Source: an uncultured Gammaproteobacteria bacterium (GTDB taxonomy: Bacteria; Pseudomonadota; Gammaproteobacteria; UBA9214). From it: a stretch of 64,000 bases of DNA. Below the pieces are notes generated by a model. It made no database searches and was not told where the DNA came from. It worked only from the letters and a program-made list of their open reading frames with translations. The translations under genes and the position numbers were made by a program. Numbering within the stretch: position 1 is the first letter of the stretch; each line of letters opens with the position of its first letter. Below are positions 52,961-63,473 of the stretch, piece by piece. The stretch lies in NCBI GenBank assembly GCA_963773065.1, contig CAVYZN010000011.1, positions 64,001 through 128,000 of the forward strand. Direction: 5' to 3'.

Positions 52961-53029
52961 CTCTAACAACACGATTGACTGGGACGCGTCGCAAAAGACG
53001 CGCCGCGCTCGTCATCGTAGTCGTTAGAA
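52961..53029 (+). other. attC site 3 (intact)
   Basis: CTCTAAC AACACGATTGAC..GACGCGTC GCAAAA GACGCG..GTCATCGTAGTC GTTAGAA. Confidence 0.82.
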
Positions 53030-53212
53030 ACCGTTCAGTGACGGCCGAGGTCATCCAGCTTTTGACTCAGGGGCTGCAGGCGCGCGAGGCCCGCCGCAGC
53101 GCCGCCGCGCTCGTTGACCGCATCCGGAGTCGGACTCGGAAAGTCGCGCTTCCCCGTGGATGGACGGATTCGGTTGATCTGATCCGCGAGGACCGCCGCC
53201 GGTGAATCCGGC
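53028..53212 (+). repeat. Partial duplicate of the FitA-like antitoxin (49533-49717), toxin gene absent
   Basis: NRSVTAEVIQLL.QGLQAREARR..DSVDLIREDRRR* repeated. Confidence 0.9.
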
Positions 53213-53223
53213 CAGGAGACTGC

Positions 53224-54264
53224 GTGGATCCCGTTTTCGTGGTGGCCGTGATAACCGTCGCGGTGATTATCATCTTCGATTACACCAACGGCTTTCACGA
53301 TGCCTCCAATATCGTGGCCACGATAATCGCCTCGCGGGCCATGACGCCGGTTCAGGCCGTGATCCTCACGGCGCTGTTCGAATTCCTGGGGCCGCTGCTC
53401 GGCGGTACGGCGGTGGCCAATACCATCGGTAACTTCGTCGCCATCGGCGATCTGCCGCAATTGCCCGCGCTGATCATCATCCTGTGCGGCATCGCGGGCG
53501 CCATCGCCTGGAATATCCTCACCTGGTGGTTCGGTATCCCTTCCTCGTCATCCCATGCGCTCGTGGGCGGACTGGTCGGCGTGGTGATGGCGGCCGCGGG
53601 ACACGACCACGTGGTCTGGGGAGTGCGTGAACTCGCCCAGGGGCATCTGACCGGTGTGACCAAGATCGTGCTCGCCCTGGTCATTTCTCCCGTCATCGGG
53701 TTCTGGTCGGGGTTTTTCATACACCGCTGGATGGGTTTTCTGCTGCGCGGGGCCCGTCCCTCGGTCAACAAATACCTGCGGCGGGTGCAGTTCCTTACCG
53801 CGGCGGGGCTGGCGTTTTCCCACGGCGCCAATGACGCCCAGAAGAGCATGGGCGTCATCACCCTGGTGCTGCTGCTCGGGGGCTACATCGGCGAGTTCCA
53901 TGTTCCCTTCTGGGTGGTGCTGGCCTGCGCCAGCGCGATGACCCTGGGCATCATGTCGGGCGGCTGGCGCATCGTGCGCACCGTGGGTTTCGGCATCTAC
54001 AAGGTGCGGCCGCTGCATGCCGTGGACGCCCAGATCACGGCGGCATCGGTCATCTTCGGTTCCGCCCTGCTGGGCGCACCGGTTTCCACCACCCACGTGG
54101 TGAGCTCGTCCATCATGGGCATCGGCGCATCGGAACGGCCGAAGGCGGTGCGCTGGGCCAAGGCCAGGGAGATCGTCAGCACCTGGATCATCACCCTACC
54201 CGGCGCTGCCCTGGTGTCCGTGCTGGTTTTTTATTCGGTTCGCTTGGTGACCGGCCTGATATGA
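53224..54264 (+). CDS. pit: Inorganic phosphate transporter, PiT family
   Basis: NGFHDASN, PSSSSH, HGANDAQK, PVSTTH. Confidence 0.95.
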   Translation: MDPVFVVAVITVAVIIIFDYTNGFHDASNIVATIIASRAMTPVQAVILTALFEFLGPLLGGTAVANTIGNFVAIGDLPQLPALIIILCGIAGAIAWNILTWWFGIPSSSSHALVGGLVGVVMAAAGHDHVVWGVRELAQGHLTGVTKIVLALVISPVIGFWSGFFIHRWMGFLLRGARPSVNKYLRRVQFLTAAGLAFSHGANDAQKSMGVITLVLLLGGYIGEFHVPFWVVLACASAMTLGIMSGGWRIVRTVGFGIYKVRPLHAVDAQITAASVIFGSALLGAPVSTTHVVSSSIMGIGASERPKAVRWAKAREIVSTWIITLPGAALVSVLVFYSVRLVTGLI

Positions 54265-54333
54265 GGCCGATTCCCGTCATGGTCAGGCGCTATCGTCATA
54301 ACCGGCCTTGCGGCCGGGAAGGAGGAATCAACG

Positions 54334-55033
54334 ATGAGCGGTAAAGGCACTTCCCGGATTGCCCGGCTGGTCGACCGGGTGTTCCCGCGCATGCCCGATT
54401 TCTATTCCCTGATCGACGATCAGTGCAATCTCACCGTGGAAACAATGGTGGAGTTCGTGAAATACATGGAGACCGGGGACCCGGCATGCGCTGACAAGGT
54501 GCGTGAACTCGAAAAGCGGGGTGATCTCCTCAAGGCCCGCAATAACGAGATTCTCGACAAGGCCTTTGCCACGCCCATGGATCGTGAAGACATCTTCCGG
54601 GCCATCGTCAGCATCGACCAGATCATCAACTACGCCAAGACCAGCGTGCGCGAGATGGAAGTTCTTGAGCTACGGCCGGACAAATACATGCTGCAGATGG
54701 CGATGCTGCTGCAGGAAGGCGCGATCGCCCTGCAGCAGGGTTTCCGGAAGCTTTCCATCAATCCCGCCGCCGCCGAGGCGCACGCCCAGGCCGCGCGCAA
54801 GGCCGAGCGCCGTATCGAGAAAGTCTACCGAAGCGCGATCGGCGAGTTGTTCAATCTCGAGCGGATAGCCGGGCCGCTGGCGAGCCCGGCGGATGACGCC
54901 ATCGAAGGCGGCGATGGTGAATATCATCGAGATATTCAAACACCGGGAAATCTACCGGCATCTCTCCAATGGCGGCGACCGGCTGGCGCATGCCGGCGAT
55001 AACCTGCACGACATCGTGGTCAAGATTGCCTGA
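54334..55033 (+). CDS. DUF47 PhoU-like phosphate transport regulator (frameshift near 54905)
   Basis: ELEKRGD, FATPMDREDI; shifted REIYRHLSNGGD..LHDIVVKIA. Confidence 0.88.
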
Positions 55034-55083
55034 ATGACTCTTTGATATTGCAGACGTCGGGGTGCCGGTTGTACCGCCTGGAA

Positions 55084-57369
55084 TCAAGCGCCTTTCTGCA
55101 GGCGCTTGTGAAAATGATACAGCAGTTTCTGGCGCAGTTTCGCCTGCTGGTGCTTGGAAGCCGCGGACATGCGTTTTTGCGCCAGCTCGATGAAGGTTTC
55201 CTGGGAACTGCGCGATGCCTTGCCGGTTGTTTCCTGGCGCTCGATATAACTCCCGTCCGCCTGCATCTCCCAGACATTGCGGCGGCTCGATAACTGAACA
55301 TCGAGTATCAGACGCAACTCCTGGCGCAGCTTCGGGTCCTCGACCGGCGCGACGACCTCCACGCGGCTTTCGAGATTGCGCAGCATCAGGTCCGCGGAGC
55401 CGATGAAGTACTCCTCGGCCCCGCCGTTCCTGAAATAATAGATCCGCGCATGCTCCAGAAATCTTCCCACCACGCTGATGACCTGGACAGTTTCCGTGAG
55501 GCCCGGAATGCACGGGCGCAAGCGGCAGGTATCGCGCACGATGAGGTCTATCTTGACGCCGGATTGGGCCGCGCGATACAGCGCGCGGGTGATGTCCACA
55601 TCCTCCAGGGCATTTATCTTGAGCTGGATGAGCCCGGGGGACTCGCTCGTATGAAGCTTGATCTCGCGGTCGATCTTGTCCAGCAGCGCCTTTTTCAGGG
55701 TATAGGGTGAGGTCAGGATCTTGCGGTAGCGCGGCGGCGGGGAATACCCGGTCAGGTAGTTGAACAGCTCGGTCAGGTCCTGGGTGATCCCGGCGTCGGC
55801 GGTCAGCATGCCAAGATCGCAGTACAGGCGGGCGGTTCCCGCGTGATAATTGCCGGTTCCGATGTGGGCGTAGCGGCGCAGGCCGTTATAGTCCTTGCGC
55901 ACGACGAGTATGACCTTGCTGTGGGTCTTGAGGCCGACCACGCCATAGGTGACGTGAATGCCGGCCTGTTCCATGCGCCGCGCCCAGCGGATATTGGCGG
56001 CCTCGTCGAAGCGGGCCTTGAGCTCAACCAGCACCGCGACCTGCTTGCCGTTACGCGCCGCCTTGATGAGCGATTCGACGGTATTGCTTTCCGAAGACGT
56101 GCGATACAGCGTCATCTTTATCGCCAGCACCTTGGGATCCTCGCTCGCCGTGCGCAGGAAACGCTCGACGCTGGTGCTGAACGACTCGTAGGGGTGCTGC
56201 AGCAGCATCGCGCCGCGTTCCCGTATAATATGGAAGATGTTGCGGGTATCGTGCGCCAGGCGGTTATGGTCGACCGGCTTGTGGGGCGGGTCGTGCAATT
56301 CGGGAATATCCAGGCCGGCGATCTCGAACAGGTCGCGCATGCCCATCATCGCCTCGGCTTCGAATACATCGGCTTCTTCGTTCAGGCCGAGTTCCGCGGC
56401 CAGCATGCCACGGTTGGTCGGGTTCATGCCCTTGTCGACCTGCAGGCGGACGATGGGTGCAAAATGGCGATCACGCAACTCGGTCTCGATCATCGCCAGC
56501 AGGTCATCCGCTTCCTCTTCCTCTATCTCGACGATGGCATTGCGCGTCACCTTGAAGAGCTCGCAGGATATGATCTGCATGCCCGGGAACAGCAGGTCGA
56601 GGTTGTTGGCGATCAAATCATCGAGCCTGACGAAGGTGTTGCTGCTGCCGACGGCCACGAAGCGCGGCGCGATATCCTTGACCATCGGCACCTTGACGCG
56701 GGCGTAGTGACTGCCGCTGCTGCCGGGATAACACAGTGTCACAAGCAGGTTCAACGCCAGGTTCGAGATAAACGGAAAGGGATGGCCCGGGTCCATGGCA
56801 AGCGGCGTCAGCAGCGGGAAGATGTTGGCGATGAACTTCTCCCGCAGTTCTTCCCGTTCGGCGTCGGACAGTTGCGTGTACGTGACGAGGCGGATGCCCT
56901 TCGCATCAAGCAGTTCGAGCAACTGATGAAAGATCTGGTTCTGCTCGCGGTGCAGCTCCCTCACCATCACCTGGCTTAAGCGCATCTGTTCCATGGGTGT
57001 GCGGCCATCGACGGTCGGCGCGCTGATGCCGGCGGCGATCTGCTGCTTCAGTCCGCCGATGCGCTTCATGAAAAATTCATCCAGATTGCTGCTGACGATG
57101 GCCAGGAACTTGACGCGCTCGAGCAGGGGTGTCTGCGCATCGGCGGCCATGTGCAGCACACGGCGGTTGAATTCCAGCCAAGTCAGTTCCCGATTGAGAT
57201 ATAGCTCGGGAGCATTGATGTCAATGACGGCAGGCTTCGGAACATCCGTCGCGGTTGCGGCACGAACGCCTGTTGTTTGTGTGGATCCCGGGGTCTTCCT
57301 GCGTGGCGCGGCGCGGCCGGCTGCCCGCGCCGGGGCCGTATCCTGGGTAGTTGCCGGGGTCTTATCCAT
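55084..57369 (-). CDS. ppk1: Polyphosphate kinase 1
   Basis: NRELTWLEFN, HPFPFISN, ELKARFDE, KTHSK, RFLEHARI. Confidence 0.97.
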   Translation of the reverse strand: MDKTPATTQDTAPARAAGRAAPRRKTPGSTQTTGVRAATATDVPKPAVIDINAPELYLNRELTWLEFNRRVLHMAADAQTPLLERVKFLAIVSSNLDEFFMKRIGGLKQQIAAGISAPTVDGRTPMEQMRLSQVMVRELHREQNQIFHQLLELLDAKGIRLVTYTQLSDAEREELREKFIANIFPLLTPLAMDPGHPFPFISNLALNLLVTLCYPGSSGSHYARVKVPMVKDIAPRFVAVGSSNTFVRLDDLIANNLDLLFPGMQIISCELFKVTRNAIVEIEEEEADDLLAMIETELRDRHFAPIVRLQVDKGMNPTNRGMLAAELGLNEEADVFEAEAMMGMRDLFEIAGLDIPELHDPPHKPVDHNRLAHDTRNIFHIIRERGAMLLQHPYESFSTSVERFLRTASEDPKVLAIKMTLYRTSSESNTVESLIKAARNGKQVAVLVELKARFDEAANIRWARRMEQAGIHVTYGVVGLKTHSKVILVVRKDYNGLRRYAHIGTGNYHAGTARLYCDLGMLTADAGITQDLTELFNYLTGYSPPPRYRKILTSPYTLKKALLDKIDREIKLHTSESPGLIQLKINALEDVDITRALYRAAQSGVKIDLIVRDTCRLRPCIPGLTETVQVISVVGRFLEHARIYYFRNGGAEEYFIGSADLMLRNLESRVEVVAPVEDPKLRQELRLILDVQLSSRRNVWEMQADGSYIERQETTGKASRSSQETFIELAQKRMSAASKHQQAKLRQKLLYHFHKRLQKGA

Positions 57370-57629
57370 TGAAGAAGCATCTGTTGGGGTTGGGTTAAAT
57401 TATACCAATTATACCCTAGATAATAGGAGGCAAGCCGTTCAGGATCCCGGCAATGGGACCGCCGCGGGGCAGCGCTGGATTGTGATTACAGGGCCGACTG
57501 GCGTGATACGGACACCCTCATACCAGGCTGTCATCCGCCGGTGAGAGAGCGTCCGTATCACGCCGATAGCGTCGGGTTGCTGATGCGCCCTCGGGCGCAG
57601 AGGATATTTTCTGTCCCGGCGCCTGAAAC

Positions 57630-58697
57630 TTACATCGTGGTCAACGGTATTGACAGGCCCGAGGTGGACAAGAACGTCCTGGCGAGAAACTCTTCCCGCG
57701 GGAATCTGGCCAGGGTAACGACGCGCGGCAGTAGTTCACCAATGCTGACCTCGGTCAGATTGAGGGTGTTGCAGGGTTGTGTTGCCGCCGCATCGATTTT
57801 GATGCCCATCTTGTTCAGCCTGAGCGTTGACTCCTGCAGCCGGACGAACTTTTCCGGATTGCTGAACACCTCCACCACCTGCTCGAGGCTGACCTGCGGC
57901 GTTGCCAGATGGATTTTCCTCAAATCCTCCTCGGTCTTTTCGAGTTTGAGCTTTAGTTCTTCAATTTCACGTTTGCCGTCAATCTCGGATGTCGGCCGCT
58001 CGATCTGCTTGTCCAGCATATACTGGGCATGCCGCAGTCTTGCCTGCAGCATTTGACGTTCGTTTTGCAGACGCTGGTTCGACAGTCTGAGTTGTACGAC
58101 ACGCTCCAAGGTGTTGGTGACCAGACCTTCAAACAGGCATTGTTTCAGCCCTTGCCGCGTTTCCGCTTCGGTCGATGCCGGTGAATAGATCCGGTGATCC
58201 GAGAAGTTCACCGCGATCTGCTTCACGTCCTTTTTCAGGATATCGCCGTCAAGCTCTACGCCCAGAACGGTTTTTTCCGTCTTGCGCATACAAAGCAGGG
58301 CGCAGCATTGTGTGATTTCCCCCTGCGCGATATCTTCCATGAACTCCCGTATTTCCGAACTCTGGGAGAAAATCGTCTGCACATCCCGGGTGTTTGAAAA
58401 GAAAGCATTGACGTAGGGATCGGAGACAAACGTTCTGCTGCTGACTTCTATCGCCCCGGGGAAGCGATCGATCAGGGCGTCGGTGAAGTCGAGGGAATTT
58501 CTTATGACATGCTGAAGTTTCTTCCTGTAACCGCTGACCAGACGTATTCTGCCGTCGATGCCGTCGATGACCCTTTCCACAGTCATCGCAATATCGGGAT
58601 ACTGATCCTGCCGGGGGTCTTTGTCGTGTTGTTTGTATTGCAGGACGTTACGCAGACCGGATAGTTTCATATCGGGGAATAGCTTCATACTGTTCAT
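57630..58697 (-). CDS. Hypothetical protein with central coiled coil
   Basis: 355-aa ORF, AGAGGAG SD upstream; no recognised motif. Confidence 0.75.
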   Translation of the reverse strand: MNSMKLFPDMKLSGLRNVLQYKQHDKDPRQDQYPDIAMTVERVIDGIDGRIRLVSGYRKKLQHVIRNSLDFTDALIDRFPGAIEVSSRTFVSDPYVNAFFSNTRDVQTIFSQSSEIREFMEDIAQGEITQCCALLCMRKTEKTVLGVELDGDILKKDVKQIAVNFSDHRIYSPASTEAETRQGLKQCLFEGLVTNTLERVVQLRLSNQRLQNERQMLQARLRHAQYMLDKQIERPTSEIDGKREIEELKLKLEKTEEDLRKIHLATPQVSLEQVVEVFSNPEKFVRLQESTLRLNKMGIKIDAAATQPCNTLNLTEVSIGELLPRVVTLARFPREEFLARTFLSTSGLSIPLTTM

Positions 58698-59169
58698 GCT
58701 CCTCTTGACCGGCGTGTTTATCCCCCGATGTGTTGTTGGGGAAATGTATTGGAAAGTTCTTATATAGTTATAGTCTTACATGGGTAGTAAGTCGGCTTTC
58801 TACCGCGACTCACTTTACCGTAACTTTTATGGAAGTTGCAATGCGAAGGACAGGATGTCCGAGTGTCGCGGAGCACATGGAAGTGCGAGAGCGGCCGGGA
58901 CTGACACACACGATCCCCTCTTTCAGGGATCAAATCGGTCATTACATTCGCGCCGTGTGCCAAGATGCAAAGGGGATGATCGCATCCTGCCGGCTTCCAC
59001 TGGATTGATTGTGATATCGTGTCCATAGTAGGCACCACGCGGTTTCCTGATCGATTCATTTATGTTACCAATGCCTTGTCAGTAGAGCCACTTTGCGGGA
59101 GCCGGACCGGGATGTGCTTGCCGGAACCGTCTGCCGCCTGGCTGGACACGACAAGCCTTCGGAAACGCA

Positions 59170-59652
59170 ATGGCGGTAGAAATAGAACGGAAGTATCTGG
59201 TCAGGAATGACGGCTGGCGCACATCGCGCACCGGGATCCGTTACCGGCAGGGATATCTGTCAACGCAACCCGGCCGCAGCGTCCGGGTGCGGGTGGGCGC
59301 GGGCAGGGGGTTTCTCACCATCAAGGGACTGATCGTTAACGCGACACGCTCCGAGTACGAGTATCCCATCCCGGTAGATGATGCCAACGAGCTGCTGAAC
59401 ACCCTCTGTCTGCGGCCGATCATCGAAAAAACCCGCTACACCATCGCACATGAAGGACTGCTCTGGGAGATCGATGAGTTCGAGGGGGTGAACGCCGGGC
59501 TGATTATCGCCGAAGTGGAACTTGCCGAGCCGGATCAGCAAATCAGGCTGCCGGACTGGGTCGGGAAGGAGGTTACCGATGACCCGCGTTATTACAATGC
59601 CTGCCTGATCGCAAATCCGTTTACAAAATGGAGCAATCGCTCATCGGGCTAG
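59170..59652 (+). CDS. CYTH-domain triphosphatase
   Basis: EIERKYLV, QGYL, WEIDEF, YYNACL. Confidence 0.92.
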   Translation: MAVEIERKYLVRNDGWRTSRTGIRYRQGYLSTQPGRSVRVRVGAGRGFLTIKGLIVNATRSEYEYPIPVDDANELLNTLCLRPIIEKTRYTIAHEGLLWEIDEFEGVNAGLIIAEVELAEPDQQIRLPDWVGKEVTDDPRYYNACLIANPFTKWSNRSSG

Positions 59653-59892
59653 TGTCATGACCGTCCTGACGGCGGTCATCGGCGCACCGGCCCGTGATGC
59701 GCCGACACGGCGTAACCGGCTGATTTCAGGTTGATACAAATCAACACATGGAATTTCCGCGTGGACTAATATTTTAACAAACGGTAATCGATGTGTGTCG
59801 CAGCGGTGCGCAGTAGCGGACCGCGGGTCGCATTCGCAATGAACGATTAAACAGAACCGCCCTTAACAAGGCGCGGGTGCGCGAAGGAGGAG

Positions 59893-60372
59893 GTGTTGAA
59901 AATGACCATGTCACTCACGCTTGAAGAATACCTGAATCAGCATAATGCAAGCTATGATCTCATCCCTCATCCGCATACGGGGAGCAGCATGGAAACGGCG
60001 GAGGAGGCGCATGTCCCGGGTATGCGGCTCGCCAAGGCAGTCGTCATCAGGGATGATGATCGGTACCTAATGGTGGTGGTGCCGTCCGCGGAGCATGTTG
60101 ATATGACGGTATTGCGCCAGCAATTCGGACACGCCGTTGTACTGGCGTCGGAAGCGGAACTGGCCGACCTGTTTCCCGATTGCGAGGTCGGCGCCGTCCC
60201 GCCGTTAGGGGCGGCCTGGGGTGTGGATACCTTCGTTGATGAGACTCTGCTTGCCGAGTCGGAGGTATTTTTCGAAGCGGGAGATCACGAGGCGGTGGTC
60301 CGGGTGACCGGTGATCAGTTCGAACGACTGCTGGAAGACGCCGAACGCGGTTATTTTGGCCGTGCGTTGTGA
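59893..60372 (+). CDS. YbaK/ProX aminoacyl-tRNA deacylase
   Basis: LAKAVV, FPDCEVGAVPPLG, FEAGDH. Confidence 0.9.
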   Translation: MLKMTMSLTLEEYLNQHNASYDLIPHPHTGSSMETAEEAHVPGMRLAKAVVIRDDDRYLMVVVPSAEHVDMTVLRQQFGHAVVLASEAELADLFPDCEVGAVPPLGAAWGVDTFVDETLLAESEVFFEAGDHEAVVRVTGDQFERLLEDAERGYFGRAL

Positions 60373-60543
60373 GACTGGGGCGGTAGATGACCTGCCGTTC
60401 CGAAGCCCCGGGCAGGCGCAGGGCGCCGGCCCGGATCAAGTAATAATAAACGCCGCTCACCTTGCTTCGGCCGCGGCGGCGGGTTGCTGACTACCTGGTT
60501 GGCGCCATGACGTTGTAGCAGCCTCCCCGGGTGGATGGGCGAA

Positions 60544-60981
60544 TCAGAGGCGCTCCGGCAGATGGGAACGGATCTCGTGGCTGCTGTATTGTCCCAGGTT
60601 CTTGCCGATCTCGCTGATCTCGATGCCGTTCAACGCGTTCAGGTGTTCACGCAGCAGGCCAAGAAAATGCGGCCCCGCCACCAGCAGCAGGCGGTTACAG
60701 CGGCCCTGCTTGCATCCCGCCCGCACATGCTCCGCGACCTGCTTGGCGAAGCGAATCGACTCCTGCTCCTTGGGATCCGCCGGTGTCACCATGGCGTGAC
60801 GCCCGCCCAGGCCGCTGCTGTCAAAGCTGCGCCCCGGAAGATCCGTGGTCAGATCCTGGGTACGCTCGCGTCCTTCGGGATGTACCAGTTCCGCCACTTC
60901 CTGCAACGGGCCGCGGGGATTATCGACGGTAAAAATACGGGCCTTGCTTTGGTCTGCTACGACAATCCAGGGTTTAGACAT
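60544..60981 (-). CDS. Host attachment protein family (baeRF release-factor-like)
   Basis: WIVVADQSKARIF, TDLPGRSFDS, FAKQVA, LVAGPHFLGLLR. Confidence 0.85.
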   Translation of the reverse strand: MSKPWIVVADQSKARIFTVDNPRGPLQEVAELVHPEGRERTQDLTTDLPGRSFDSSGLGGRHAMVTPADPKEQESIRFAKQVAEHVRAGCKQGRCNRLLLVAGPHFLGLLREHLNALNGIEISEIGKNLGQYSSHEIRSHLPERL

Positions 60982-61352
60982 GATACCTCCCGATGAGAAT
61001 CTGACGTTACCGTTACGATCATCTGCACACTTGCACCGTTCTTGCGGCATGCATGCAGATGAGTCCGCTCCTGTTTGATGGTCTCTCCCCGATTTGCCAT
61101 CTTGATCGGATTGAGAAATCTATTTATCGGCAAGGCTTGCTCCACCCCTGCCTTTCTACTTTCTCACTTGGGATGAAATGATCCGGCAGAGAGAATTAAC
61201 CACAACTTGTTTAATCATAGTATGGATAGTGGATGATGGTCTGTATGGACAAAGATCATCAATGTTGATGTGCGGATTGTCCATGGCGCGGATGATGCGA
61301 CCGGTCTGTAATGCCTTATGTCGTTCTGCCGCCGCCCGGTGAGAAATTCGGG

Positions 61353-62789
61353 CTAACCCTTGACGCAGATGACCGGCCTGAGCTTGGCGACCTTGCGCGC
61401 CAGACCGGCCGCGGCCGCGGCATCGACCACGGCATTTACGTCCTTGTAGGCGCCCGGTGCTTCCTCGGCCACGCCGCGTGATGACGGGCTGCGAATCAGG
61501 ATGCCCTCCTCGCGCAGGGCATCGATGACCTGCCGGCCCATCCAGGTCTTGTAGGCGCTGCGCCGGCTCATGGCGCGTCCCGCGCCGTGGCAGGCCGAGG
61601 AAAATGCGCTCGTTTCGGATTCGCGATTTCCGGCGAGGATATGCGAGGCCGTTCCCATGGAGCCGCCGATCAGCACCGGCTGGCCGGTGCCGCGGAATTC
61701 ACCGGGCAGATCCGGGTGCCCGGGACCGAATGCGCGCGTTGCGCCCTTGCGGTGTACATACAGCCGGCGCGGCTTGCCGTCGATGACGTGTTCTTCCACC
61801 TTGCAGGTGTTGTGTGATACGTCATAGAGCAGGTCCAGGGTTGTGCCGGGAATGACGCGCGCGAACACTTCGCGGGCCAGGTGGGTGATGATCTGCCGGT
61901 TGGCCAGTGCGCAGTTGATCCCCGCGCGCATGGCGCCCAGATAGTTCTGGCCGATGGTCGATTGGATCGGCGCGCAGGCCAGTTCACGGTCGGGCAGGGT
62001 GAGGCCGTGCTCATGGGCGGTGATCACCATCGACTTCAGGAATTCCGTACCGATCTGGTGGCCGAGGCCGCGTGAACCGCAATGGATGCTGAGCACGATA
62101 TCGCCCCGGCTGATTCCAAAGGCGGTGGCCGTGTCGGGATCGGAGATCTCGCTGACCTCCTGCACCTCGAGGTAATGGTTGCCGGAGCCGAGCGTGCCCA
62201 TTTCACTGCGCTGACGCTTGCGGGCTCGTTCCGATACCGCCTCCGGCTGCGCGCCTGACATGCAGCCCTGTTCCTCGATGCGCTGCAGGTCTTCGCGGTA
62301 ACCCCAGCCGCAGTTCACCGCCCAGCGGGCGCCGCCCGCGAGCATGGCGTCCAACCCAGCCTCGTCGAGGTGGATGCGGCCGGTGCTGCCGAGGCCGACC
62401 GGGATGCTGCCATAAAGTGCATCGGCCAGGCGCTCCTTGACCGGTTCGATATCGGCGCGTTGCAGTCCGGTGTGCAGGGTGCGGACGCCGCAGGAGATGT
62501 CGAAGCCGACGCCGCCTGCGGAAACCACGCCGCCCTGGTCGGCGTCGAATGCGGCGACCCCACCGATGGGAAAACCATAACCCCAGTGAGCATCGGGCAT
62601 GGCATACGATGCCTTGACGATGCCGGGCAGGGAGGCGACGTTGGTGACCTGTTCGAGCACCTTGTCATCCATGGCGCGAATCAGTTCCACGCTGGCGAAA
62701 ATGATGCCGGGGACCCGCATGGCGTCGCGTGGTTCGAGGCGCCACTCAAATTCAGTGACCCGGGTCAATCGTGAAGTGTCCATGGCCAT
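61353..62789 (-). CDS. rtcB: RNA ligase RtcB
   Basis: MPDAHWGYGFPIGG, DISCG, GSGNHYLE, HRKGAT, CHGAGR, EEAPGAYK. Confidence 0.97.
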   Translation of the reverse strand: MAMDTSRLTRVTEFEWRLEPRDAMRVPGIIFASVELIRAMDDKVLEQVTNVASLPGIVKASYAMPDAHWGYGFPIGGVAAFDADQGGVVSAGGVGFDISCGVRTLHTGLQRADIEPVKERLADALYGSIPVGLGSTGRIHLDEAGLDAMLAGGARWAVNCGWGYREDLQRIEEQGCMSGAQPEAVSERARKRQRSEMGTLGSGNHYLEVQEVSEISDPDTATAFGISRGDIVLSIHCGSRGLGHQIGTEFLKSMVITAHEHGLTLPDRELACAPIQSTIGQNYLGAMRAGINCALANRQIITHLAREVFARVIPGTTLDLLYDVSHNTCKVEEHVIDGKPRRLYVHRKGATRAFGPGHPDLPGEFRGTGQPVLIGGSMGTASHILAGNRESETSAFSSACHGAGRAMSRRSAYKTWMGRQVIDALREEGILIRSPSSRGVAEEAPGAYKDVNAVVDAAAAAGLARKVAKLRPVICVKG

Positions 62790-62833
62790 GTCCTGCGTGT
62801 GGGTGCGTGCGAGGACGCCTCATACTGACAAGT

Positions 62834-63018
62834 CTAGTGGCCCTCCCTAAAGAAATAAACTCACCGCAAAGGCGCCCGACTGCAGGGATGCAGGAGGTAG
62901 GGCAACGCAGGGAGCGGTTGCCGAAAGAACGCAAAGCTGTTTAATTGTTTTTTTGAAAGAATTCCTTTGCGAACTTGGCGTCTTTGCGGTGAAAATGGCG
63001 TTGATGGATGGACACTGG
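62834..63018. mobile_element. MITE-like element, copy 2 (inverted), with nested 48-bp insert
   Basis: Reverse complement of 7733-7869 plus an insert at 62876-62923. Confidence 0.65.
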
Positions 63019-63019
63019 C

Positions 63020-63430
63020 CTAGACATCCACGACACATTGGGCATGCCACACGCCCGGGGGATCCTCGAATAACGCCAGCGCCGTATAGGTGGCTCCCTT
63101 GACCTCCGTGGCCGGCTGGTGGCGCGCTCTGTCGATGGTTTCCCCGCAGGCGGTTCCGTGCAGTCGCGGACCGTCGAACTCGACCTTGAAGCGGCGGAAC
63201 AGCATGCGGCGGGTCGCCATTTCATAGATCAGCGCATTGAGCCAGTCGACCAGGAGGAGTTCCCGGTCGGGCGCCTCGCAATCCACCGCCACGGTTTCCC
63301 GGCAGGTCACGCTCTGCGGGTCGGTAATGACGGCCGTCATTGCCACGGCCGCTTCCTGAAAGGCCTGCTCCGGGCTGTCACCGATGCCGTGTATGCCGAT
63401 GTCGGCCTCGTGAGGGAAGTGCCGCCACAT
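63020..63430 (-). CDS. Archease
   Basis: HEADIGI, LVDWLNALIY, EVKGATY, VVDV. Confidence 0.95.
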   Translation of the reverse strand: MWRHFPHEADIGIHGIGDSPEQAFQEAAVAMTAVITDPQSVTCRETVAVDCEAPDRELLLVDWLNALIYEMATRRMLFRRFKVEFDGPRLHGTACGETIDRARHQPATEVKGATYTALALFEDPPGVWHAQCVVDV

Positions 63431-63473
63431 GGACGTCGCCGCCGTTTGGCGACGGCGGCGCTACAGTACGGTC

